From a virus (lineage: Duplodnaviria; Heunggongvirae; Uroviricota; Caudoviricetes), in IMG/VR virus record IMGVR_UViG_3300028886_000053: a DNA stretch of 64,000 nucleotides, one strand, 5' to 3'. Positions 54,429-64,000 of the stretch are shown piece after piece. How positions within the stretch are numbered: the stretch's first letter is position 1; each line of letters opens with the position of its first letter. Position numbers and translations under genes: made by a program. The notes below the pieces were generated by a model. It was not told where the DNA came from. It ran no database searches and saw nothing but the letters and a program-made list of their open reading frames with translations.

Positions 54429-55664
54429 GTGAGTTTAAGAGTTTGGTTACCTCTTAATGGGACTCTTGATAATCAAGGGTTAGATGATGTGGTTGTGACT
54501 AATAACGGAGCAACTATTGATAATAGTGGGAAAATTGGAAAGTGTTATAATTTTGATGGAAGTAATGATTATATTTCTTTTCCATACTCTTTTCCTAGTG
54601 AAGATTGGTCTTATAGTATTTGGTTTTATACAACTTCAACTAATACTCAAACATTAGGATGTTGTAGAAATGGAGTTGGTTTTGGATTTTCTATTTTTTT
54701 AATTTCAAATAAAGTAAGGATTGATGGAATTATTGGAAATGATAATCAGCAATGGACAACTATTTATACTTATCCAACTGATACTTGGACAAATTTAATT
54801 GTTACTTCTAAAAATGGTTTAATAAAATATTATATTAATGGAGAATATCAAACGAGTAAAAATATTACAGTAAATAATACTAAATTAGGAAATGTTTTTA
54901 CTATTGGAGCAAGCCAAACTAATGGAAATAATTTAGGAAATTATTTTAAAGGTAAAATAAATGATGTCCGTATATATGACCATGCTTTATCACCAATGGA
55001 GGTAAAACAAATATCACAAGGTTTAATATTACATTATTTATTGAACGATAAGGGATTTAATAATAATATAGAATATGATTGTTCTGGATATTGTAATAAT
55101 GGAACAAAAATAGGAACTTTTCAATATCAAAATGATACTCCCAAATATGATACTAGTACATATGCACAAGGGGGTGCTTCCACTCATTTGGAAGGTATTA
55201 TTCTTCCATCTGAAGTAAAAACAGTTTCTTTATGGATAAAATGTGCAAAAACTGTTAATTCCGCTATTTTTAATGATCGAATTACTGGGTTACAAATAAG
55301 TTTAATAAATTCTTTATTATATGTAAATTCTTTAGCTTCAACAAAAGGTTTTACTACAACCCATTGGAAAAATAATGAATGGAATCATGTGGTAGTAATA
55401 AATAATAATGGAACCCGTTTTTGTTATGTAAATGGGTAGGCAGAAACTCAATCTGGATCCTCTAATTATTATATACATAATACAGATAAGTTTTGGTTAT
55501 GGAATCGTTCATATGATAATAATTATCCTTTTAAAGGGAATCTATCTGATCTTCGTATCTATTGTACAGCTCTATCTTTAGAAGATATACTTTTATTATA
55601 CCATAATTCAGTTTATATAGATAATTAGGGCAATATATATGGAGCAATGTATGAAGAGGTGTAA
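54429..55664 (+). CDS. Tandem LamG/concanavalin-like domain protein (411 aa, 2 TAG)
   Basis: SLRVWLPLNG...GKIGKCYNFDG...INDVRIYDHALS, and a second copy W.HVVV...YVNG*...LSDLRIY.TALS; ends TAA 55662-55664. Confidence 0.75.
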
Positions 55665-55666
55665 AA

Positions 55667-55837
55667 ATGGATTTAACTAAACAAGGAAAATGGGTTTGTA
55701 ATGGTACAGAAAAAACATTAACTATTAATAATCAATAGACTAATATAATATCTGGTTTCACCGAGGGTGACTTGACAAAATAGGTAAAATTTTATAAAAT
55801 ATAGGAAATAGAAGCAAAATGCTTTTATTAGATTTAA
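55667..55837 (+). CDS. Small tail-region protein (56 aa, 4 TAG)
   Basis: MDLTKQGKW...AKCFY*I, ending in TAA; starts 2 nt after the previous stop. Confidence 0.55.
55772..55800 (+). promoter_or_regulatory. Internal sigma70-like promoter
   Basis: TTGACA-17 nt-TAAAAT inside the preceding small ORF. Confidence 0.5.
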
Positions 55838-55860
55838 TTGAGTAAAAAGGAGATTTTATT

Positions 55861-56340
55861 ATGACTAAAGAACTTTTAGTAATGGAATGTATTAATATAA
55901 ATGGATGGTACAATCAAGTTAGAGCAGATAAAAATAAATTAAATGGTTTATCTGTTCCTACTTTATGGGCATTAAGAAAGAATATGAAAAAGATTGCAGA
56001 AACAGTAGAATCTTTTAACGATCTTAAAGCATCTTTAGAAAATGAATTGCAAGAAGAATTTTTTAACGATGAAAAGAGTGAAGAAACGACTATTAAAGGA
56101 ACTAATGGAGAAGATACTCCTGCAAGAAAAGTAAAAGATGAATATTTTAATGCTTATCAAAATAAAATTAAAGAATTAAATGGAAAGTTAAATGAATTAG
56201 CAATAACTAAAGAAAGTTTTGATTTTACTCCTATTAATATGGAAAAAGAAATAGAAAGATTAAATACAGATTGCAATTTAAATATGGATGATTTAGATAT
56301 GTTATCTATTTTTGAATAGAATGAAAAGGATGCTGAATAA
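55861..56340 (+). CDS. Helical protein among tail genes (possible chaperone); single TAG near C-terminus
   Basis: AAGGAG RBS; the track ORF ends at TAG 56317-56319, and read-through adds *NEKDAE to TAA 56338-56340. Confidence 0.65.
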
Positions 56341-56375
56341 GCCTCCTTTTTTAAATTTTGAAAGGAGGTTTAAAC

Positions 56376-59300
56376 ATGGCAATTTTAAAAGATTTAATTG
56401 TTCATGGCTCAAGCCGTTTTTTAAATAAGATTTATGCAAGTGAAATATAGACTCCATTAATTGAGGCGGAAGCTGGTATATTTAAAAAGCTAAAAGCAGA
56501 TGATGCAACGATTGTAGGTTTATTAGATGTTCAAGGATAGATGCATACTAATAGTTGGACTAATTCTAATATAGCTACAATTGATGGGAGTTTTTATATT
56601 ACACCTACATTATCCAGTAGTTCTGGAACCGTATCATTCAGTAGTGCGACTGCCGCAACCTTTACAGGGACATATTCAGCTGTATCAAGTTTATATATAG
56701 GAAATGATACAGCTAGTACAGTTCAATGGACTTCAGGATCTAAAATTTTAATAACTGGAGAAGTTCAAGTAGATGAGGAATGGATTCCTTTAGGAACTTT
56801 ATTAGGAACTTTAAATAGTACTAATCCTACTACTTCTATGCCTATTGTTAATATTACAGATAATAGAAATAATACTTCTAATATTTTAACTAATATATAT
56901 AGTTTAAAAAGTAATACTTCTTTAAGTTATCGTAATTTAAAAATTTCTTTATATCAAAGAGCAGATAATTCTGAATATTATCCTCTTGGTATTTTTATGA
57001 CAGCCTTAGGCCAAAATGGAAAAACTTTTCTTGATATATATGGTGGAGTTAATGCTTTAACAACTAGCTATGGAGGATATGCAAATCCTAATGTTAGAAT
57101 AGGTAATTTATCTGGGTTACCTGCTATAACAACGGCCGCAGGAAATTTTTCACCTGTTGGTTGGGGTATATATACAACTAATGGTTATTTCAGTGGTACT
57201 ATTGTTTCTAACACAGGTGTGATTGGCGGCTGGAAGCTTGGAGCAAGTAGTTTATATAATGGAACTACTGGATTAAATAATACTACTGCTGGTATTTATT
57301 TAGGTACCGATGGTATTAGAAATTATAAAGATACTAATACTTATGTAAATATTATACAAGGTGTAATTACGGCTAAAGGAGTTAATTTAACTGGAGAAAT
57401 AACAGCTACTAGGGGTACTATTGGTGGTTGTACTATTACAAATGGGACTTTAATAATAGGAAATGCTAATATTAATGATATAAATGCTAGTAAAATAAAT
57501 GCAGGTGATATTGCTGCTGCTAGAATTGAAACAAATCTTATTTCTGCTATTAATGCAAAAGTAAGTGATTTATCTGCTCTAACTGCAACTATAGGTGGTT
57601 TTCAAATAGATTCATCTTCAATTCATACAAATAATGTAGTAGTTACTTCTAATGCTGATAATTCAATTGCTTTATCTTCAGCAGATTTTACAAGAACTAT
57701 TAATAGTATATCAAGAACTGGCTTAAGACTTGCAATAGGAGATAAATTTGGTGTTACTGGAGATGGAACTGTATATGCTTCTGATGTTGATTTAACTGGT
57801 AAAATTACTGCAACATAGGGTGAGATAGGTGGAATTAATATAATAGATGGAGATTTAGATGTTTCTTCTATTAATATTGGAGATTTAAATGGAGCTAGTA
57901 ATTATGCTCTGAAAACAGAAATAACAGATGCTGAAAAAGTTGCAACTTCTTATATTACATATATAGATTCAACAGAAGGTATAAAAATTCATAATATATC
58001 AGATCAAACTAATTATCTTAAACTTAATTCTTCTGCGATAAGTATGTATCGTAATAATATTGAAACTTTAAATATCAGTAATAATGAAATAAGAATTGGT
58101 AAATTCAGTGATAATAATGTTTTTATTGACAATGACTCTGTTGATATAAGAAATGGTACAACAACCCTTGCCAGTTTTACTGGTGATAATACTAGGTTCT
58201 ATGACCCTATATATAAGAAAGAGTTGGCTACATTTGGCGCAAGTGGTGCAATTATTGGAGCGAATAGCGAACAAAGATTTATAATTGAAAAAGACGGAAT
58301 AAAATCAATTAATGATAGTGGAGCAACGGTATTTTCTGTTAATTCGACAGAAGGAACTGTTGTTACAGAAGCACAAGTTGCTTCTGGTGGTGAGACTATT
58401 TATTATTCTTCTTCAAGTAAAACTGTAGTGTTTGATACTGTTGGTACTGGGTTTACTACCAATACAACCTTTTATACAAAAAAACTTACGGCTATCATCG
58501 AAATACGTAATTCAGCTAAACCACTAACGAATGTTAAGGTGAATTCGGTTACCGCTACATCGATATTGGTTAATAGCTATAGTGGCTATTGGTATAGTAG
58601 TACACACTCTATTGATTTATCCCCCTTTACTTTTACATATGGAACGTCTAAAAGCGCAACATATCAAATAACCGCATCTTTTGTAAATGATTATGGTGAT
58701 TCTTATAATTTAACCGCACAAGCTTCAATTAACTATGATGGAAATGTAACCCTTACGGTGCAATCATTGACTGGTGAATGTGTTAGAACAAGTGGTAACA
58801 ATGAAGATATAGCTAGAATGGATTTGATTGGAAGTAAGGTTGTTTATGGTGAAATTTATCAAAGTTCCGCTTATACAAAAGCCCCTGCTATGACATTCGG
58901 AACAAGGGGCAAAAATGCAATATTAGCCCCGTTCTCTGTAACCATAGGAGAAGATTTATATGCTAATAATGATAATCAATTATCTATTGGTAGATATAAC
59001 TTAAATAATGATGAGTTTTTCCCACTTGCTTTTGCTATTGGTAATGGCGTAAATGATACCGATAGGTCAAATGCATTTAATGTAGATTGGGATGGTAATA
59101 CTGAAATAGCCGGTAAGGCAGAAATAGCTGGTAATTTAACTGTTGGGGGTAACGAGACTATTACTGGAGGTTTAACTGTCAATGGTATAATAACTGATTC
59201 TTCTAATAGTTATAGTACAATTAAATATTTAAATGTTGGATATTTAACAGTTAGTACTAGAAAACCTTTTTCACTTGTCCAAAAAACATATACTAGAACT

Positions 59301-59552
59301 ATTACTGCAAATTCTGCTTGTTATATTAGTTAGAGATACACTTCACCGACAGGGTATATTCCAGTTGGAATAATTGATTGGGGAACTTTTAATGGAACTA
59401 ATGCCGATTATTGTGTAATGTGTCATGCTTATATTTGGAGAGGAAATCCTAATACAATAGATATATATGTATGGAATCAACATCCAAGTGCATCAGCTAC
59501 TAATGTAGTAATATATGTAAATATTTTATGTATAGCAAATACATTCTTATAA
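56376..59552 (+). CDS. Tail fibre/spike protein (1058 aa, 4 TAG)
   Basis: AAAGGAGG RBS; joins track ORFs 56541 and 58044; ITAT.G.IGG repeats and AFAIGNG...RSNAF.VDWDG motif; ends TAA 59550-59552. Confidence 0.78.
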
Positions 59553-59598
59553 AAAAAAATGAATCTTTATAATTTTTTATAAAGATTCATTTTTTTTT
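59551..59598. terminator. 21-bp hairpin terminator
   Basis: AAAAAAAAATGAATCTTTATA / TATAAAGATTCATTTTTTTTT with a 6-nt loop. Confidence 0.75.
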
Positions 59599-59602
59599 AT
59601 TT

Positions 59603-59618
59603 GGGCAAATATAAATAA
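59603..59618 (+). promoter_or_regulatory. Candidate late-promoter motif
   Basis: GGGCAAATATAAATAA immediately after the terminator. Confidence 0.35.
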
Positions 59619-59679
59619 AAAATAATATTCTTTTTTAAATTTATTAAGATGATATAAAATAAAAAAGGGGGAATGTTCT

Positions 59680-62600
59680 ATGGCAGGTTTAGGAAATAAC
59701 TTATATCCGCCAATCTTTAAAAATGCTTATGCTCCAGCATTTGATAAAACAAATCCACAAGGATGTAGAATATACTTTTCCTTATCTCCATATAATTCTC
59801 TAGGAGATTTTGCTAAATATGAAAGCTCAGGAAAAGAAGTAATAGCAGATTTAGTACAGGTATCAATTCAAAATCAAAATACAAATTATTCTGCTTTAAA
59901 TTTAAATAAATATCCATCTGGTATTATGAATACTAAAATGTATGAAGATAAAGAACGTACTACAGATGATAAATATTACATTATTATAAATAGTTTTAAT
60001 ACAGGAAATGAAGCAAATTCTTCAGAAACGTATGATAATATGGCTGATTTAGCTGAAGGAAATGTTTTTAATGCAGGAGAATTTTATAAAGTTCAAATCC
60101 GATTTACAAGTAATCAAGTAGTTCTTCCAACTCAGTATTCTTTAATAGAAGAAAGTTGGTATAATTCTAATATAAGTTATTTTTCATAGTGGTCTCAAGT
60201 AGTCTTAGTAAAAGGTATTACGAAACCAATATTAGAATTAAATGATTTTTCAAAAAACTTAGATGAAGAATCTTTTACTTTACAAGATATATATGTAGTA
60301 GGAAGAGTAACTTTCCCAGATAAAAATGATAATGAATATTTGAAAAAATATAAAATTTAGTTATATGATTCAAATAATAAAAAAATCTAGTCAAGTGGAG
60401 AAATTTATTCTAATGCTTATAATAATATTAATGGAATAAATTATAAAATTAAATATAACCTAGATAATAATAATGAAGAATCATTTTTATTGATAGTTTA
60501 TATACAAACTAATAATTTATATGAAGAAAAATTTATTTTTCCATTTAAAGTGGATTTAATTCAATATACAGTATTAGGTTCTGATATACAAATTGAGGCG
60601 GCCGGTGATAAAGAAGGCGGCCGCATTAAAGTTCATGCTTATTCTAGTAGTAATATAGATAAATTAGGAACTAATTTTATTATTAGAAGAAGTTCTAGTA
60701 AAAACAATTTTGAATATTGGGAAGACATGTATACTTTTTTAGCTCCAATAGGAAAGAAACTAGATCAAGTTTGGATTGATAAAACAGTAGAAAGCGGAGT
60801 CTTTTATAAATATTGTTTACAACAAAGAAATATTCAAGGTTTTAGATCTAATTTTATTCAAATTAGACAACCTATAATGATTGTGTTTGATGATATATTT
60901 TTAATAGATAGACAACAACAGTTAAAAGTTAAATTTGATCCACAGGTAAATAATTATTCTCATGTTGTTTCATAGACATTAACTCAAACGATTGGTTCCA
61001 AGTATCCTTTTATTAGACGAAATGGAAATACTGATTATAGAACTTTTTCTTTAAATGGGACTATTTCTTATTTAATGGATTTAAGGGAAGATGGAATGAA
61101 AGCCTCTCCTAGTGAATTATATGGGATGGATCAAAATAAAAATGATATTTATTCAAATTATTATATACCTTTTAATAATTCAAATGGTATTAATGTTTAT
61201 AATGATTCTGTTCGCTAGAGAGATTTTAGAGAAAAAGTTATTTAGTTCTTATATAGAAATACCGTTAAATTATATAAATCTACAACAGAAGGTAATTTAT
61301 TAGTAAAATTAATGAATATTAGTTTTACTCCTAATAATACTTTAAGTAGACATATTTATAGTTTTACTTGTACTGCTCAATAGGTTGATGATTTTAATAT
61401 TTAGAATTGTAATAAATATGGAATTCAAAGTGTAGGTCAGTATACAAATGAAACTAAGGTAAAAATTAATACTCATGGTCAATTATCTGTTCCTAATTTA
61501 AGTTATTATTATACTAAAACAAATAGTTGTGCAAATGAAGATAAGGATACTACAGATAATAAAGATAAAGCTCAAAATGTATATGAAAATAGAAAATATT
61601 TTGGAGTTAATGCAGACTTACATTTTGCTGGTAATGAAAATATTATTGCAAAATATTTACTTCCAAAATATTCTTATTTAGAAAATGACTTAATAAAAAT
61701 TAATATAGATCATTTATCTTATTTAAGAATATAGTTTACTTCCCCTCCTTATTTAATTACTCAAGAAGGAGAATTTTTCAAAAAGACTACAGATAACTCT
61801 AAAGCACAATTTTTAGGTCATATAATATATGTAAATGATAATCCAATTATAGTTGGACCAGAAGGTATTTATGAACTTTCAGATTCTTCTACAAAAATAA
61901 CTAGTTTATCTTTCTTATCAGATCAATAGACTGGTAATATTTCTTATCAAGCTGTTATAGTAGAAGAAGAAAGAGAAGAAAATATTCCTAAAATGTACGG
62001 TACTTTTAAGAGAATAGGACAACTATTTGGATATTTTAATTCCTCTGAATCGGTTTATAAGAAAATTTATAATAGATACTATCAATCTTTTTCTTCACAA
62101 AACGACTCTTCTTCTCAAGTTATTTATTCTCAACATTTACAAAAATTAATGGGAATGAGATTACAAGCTAAACCAGGAACAGTTTTTTTAATTCAATAGG
62201 CACAAGATAGAGTTGACGCTTAGGGTACTACTTTAAGTTATGATTATTATATAATGAATGAAACAGGTTTATTAGATATATACGATGAAAGAACTGATAT
62301 AAGAGGATGTTATGTAATTGGACCAAAATTAAAACCGGTAGAAGAAAAACTCAATGGAGAAGTTGGAGATAATGAATATGTTTTAGTAGATGAAACATAT
62401 CATGATTTTTCATAGATAACAAAACCAAAAAAGAATCATGTATATAAATTAACTGAAGGAAGTGATTCTTTATTTGCTTTACGGAGTAGATTTTATAATA
62501 CAAATGAAGCAAATATGGTAGGATATAATGTAGAAGAACCAGAAGAAATTACTGTGATTGATTATCGTACTATATTAATAAACAAAAAATTAGCAGATAG

Positions 62601-62724
62601 TGTTTATTGTATTTTTTATGGCGGCAGCTGGTATTTATTCTCATTAGACCAGGGTATTGTATTAGGGTATCCAACTGAAGCTATAATAGATTATTATTGT
62701 TAGATTTTAAGGGAGAGATATTAA
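59680..62724 (+). CDS. Large conserved baseplate/distal-tail-like protein (1014 aa, multiple TAG)
   Basis: One frame joins track ORFs 59680, 60490, 61993 and 62515; TIGSKYPFIRRNG and KSTTEGNLLVKLMN motifs; ends TAA 62722-62724. Confidence 0.72.
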
Positions 62725-64000
62725 TGAAAGTTTCATATAGTTATTTAAATGATGTTGCCTTCCTTAAAGAACTTGCTAAATAGCATGTTAAAACATATTA
62801 TGTTAAAATATCTGTTTTAAATTGGAAAGAATAGCCAGTAACTTCAATAGAAGGACAAGTAATTTCTGCTAATTTAAATATAGATGGCCAGAGTTCTTTA
62901 AGGAGAACGGCCAATTTAAGCATTGCAATAGACGATACAATGAATTAGATAACTAATACAGAAAACGTATTGTCTATTAATAAAAAAATGTGTTTAGAAA
63001 TAGGATATGTTAATACTACTTAGAAGTACACTAATTATCCTATTTTGTGGTTTCCATTAGGAATATATGTAATTATATCTTGTTCTATTTCAGAATCTTC
63101 AAGCGGCCTGGTGGCTTCCCTGCAACTCCAGGATAAGATGTGCTTATTAAATGGGACTGCGGGCGGGACCATACCGGCCGCCGCAGACCTTCACATTCTT
63201 GATACTATTGATGAAGATGGAAATGAAGTTACTAATTATGTAACTATGTATCAAATTATTCAAGAATTAGTACATCACTGGGGCGGATAGCAATTAGGTA
63301 AAATAATTATTTCTGATTTAGATAATAGAGTTAAACAGGCTATGAAATGGGGGTTAGAAAAACCTTTATATTATGTAGAGTCTGGAAATCAAGATAGATA
63401 TTTTATGGATGAAAGTGAATATCAAAATTATATAAATAGTTTAGAAAGTTATTCTACATAGATTTTTACAAAAGGACAAGATGTTGGATTTATCTATGTT
63501 GATTTTATTTATCCTGGTGAATTGATTGCGGACGCCGGTGCTTCCGTGACAGATATGCTAGATCAAATCATATAGGTATTAGGTAATTATGAATATTTTT
63601 ATGATTTAGATGGAAATTTTATTTTCCAAGAAAAAAAGAACTTTTTAAACAATGCACAATCTAAATATATTTTAGATGCAAAAAATAATACTAAAAACAT
63701 AAATGGAAATCTTATTCCTGACCCTAAATTAGTACCAGATTATTTAGCATCTATTTCTAATTCTTTATCTGCGTATCTAATAAATATGACTAGTGGTACA
63801 TCAGTATTTTAGTTTGAAGATAGCGATTTAGTAACATCATATTCAAACACTCCTCAATATGGGGCAATAAAAAATGATTTCGTAATATGGGGAGTCCGCA
63901 CAGGAGCAGAAGATGTGGAAACTCCTTTGCGTTATCATCTTGCTATTGATAATAAACCAGTTCTTAAAAATATAACATATAAGATGTTTAATTTTAAAGA
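62724..64000 (+). CDS. Baseplate hub-like structural protein, 3'-partial, TAG read-through
   Basis: TAATG overlap start; IDGQSSLRRTANL, WFPLGIY, LQDKMCLLNG and LGNYEYFYDLDGNF.FQEKKN motifs; the frame stays open to the window end apart from TAG. Confidence 0.7.

Noticed and set aside
1173-61303. Short opposite-strand or alternate-frame ORFs in the track (e.g. 1173, 1387, 5869, 7729, 8326, 8489, 8532, 10478, 13528, 14090, 14961, 17488, 20529, 25695, 36793, 43905, 49652, 53316, 58976, 61112)
   Set aside because: They overlap well-supported genes, lack RBS and motifs, and are expected shadow ORFs.
1-64000. Fragmented ORFs as mass pseudogenisation or poor assembly
   Set aside because: Breaks are almost exclusively TAG, frames never shift, catalytic motifs are intact, and read-through restores TAATG/ATGA gene overlaps (e.g. 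23239, 62724).
1-64000. G-to-T damage artefact turning GAG into TAG
   Set aside because: That process would also turn the far commoner GAA into TAA and GGA into TGA. I found only one in-frame TAA, and the TAGs are confined to particular gene classes.
1-64000. Standard phage code 15 (TAG=Gln) or pyrrolysine
   Set aside because: Disfavoured rather than excluded. The recognisable conserved sites call for Glu and few favour Gln, and no pyl genes are visible. An alignment-based test is still required.
1-64000. tRNA, rRNA, CRISPR array, integrase or diversity-generating retroelement
   Set aside because: I saw no cloverleaf/T-loop signature, regularly spaced repeats, recombinase or reverse-transcriptase motifs by eye; a tRNAscan/CRT run would be needed to be certain.

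Overview
This is a 64-kb internal fragment of a large, AT-rich (about 27-30% GC by eye) tailed dsDNA phage, most likely infecting an anaerobic gut Firmicute. That host call rests on AGGAGG ribosome-binding sites, a class III RNR, and a lysin with cell-wall-binding and SH3b repeats. Layout: + strand structural genes (1-10734: tape-measure-like protein, tail/baseplate proteins); a - strand block (10782-47084) with dUTPase, an anaerobic RNR module, guanylate-kinase-like gene, DnaE, RecD-like helicase, RecJ, primase, DnaB, an AAA ATPase, an SSB-like gene, ligase, GyrA/GyrB, two GIY-YIG nucleases and a lysis cassette; then + strand tail-fibre/baseplate genes (47291-64000). The supplied ORF track is fragmented because TAG is a sense codon here. 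Reading through TAG merges the fragments into full-length genes, and every gene end I checked is TAA or TGA. Main result: where TAG falls in motifs I recognise (CHAP GYL*K, GIY-YIG YGL*NFTFE, holin LI*YGK, RecJ H*GKQHG, tail *TDP, AR*DH, FS*WS, *RDFREK, GG*QLG), the expected residue is glutamate, not the glutamine of known TAG-recoded phages (code 15). The homologue consensus is recalled, not computed, so this needs a Codetta/alignment test. No suppressor tRNA is visible in the window. Secondary findings: TAG gating of late genes, nucleases and lysis genes; a 1062-aa lysin with three catalytic domains; an FTR-like/NrdH/NrdD/NrdG redox module; strong CGGCCG over-representation; and a candidate late-promoter motif. 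In translations, * marks an in-frame TAG.
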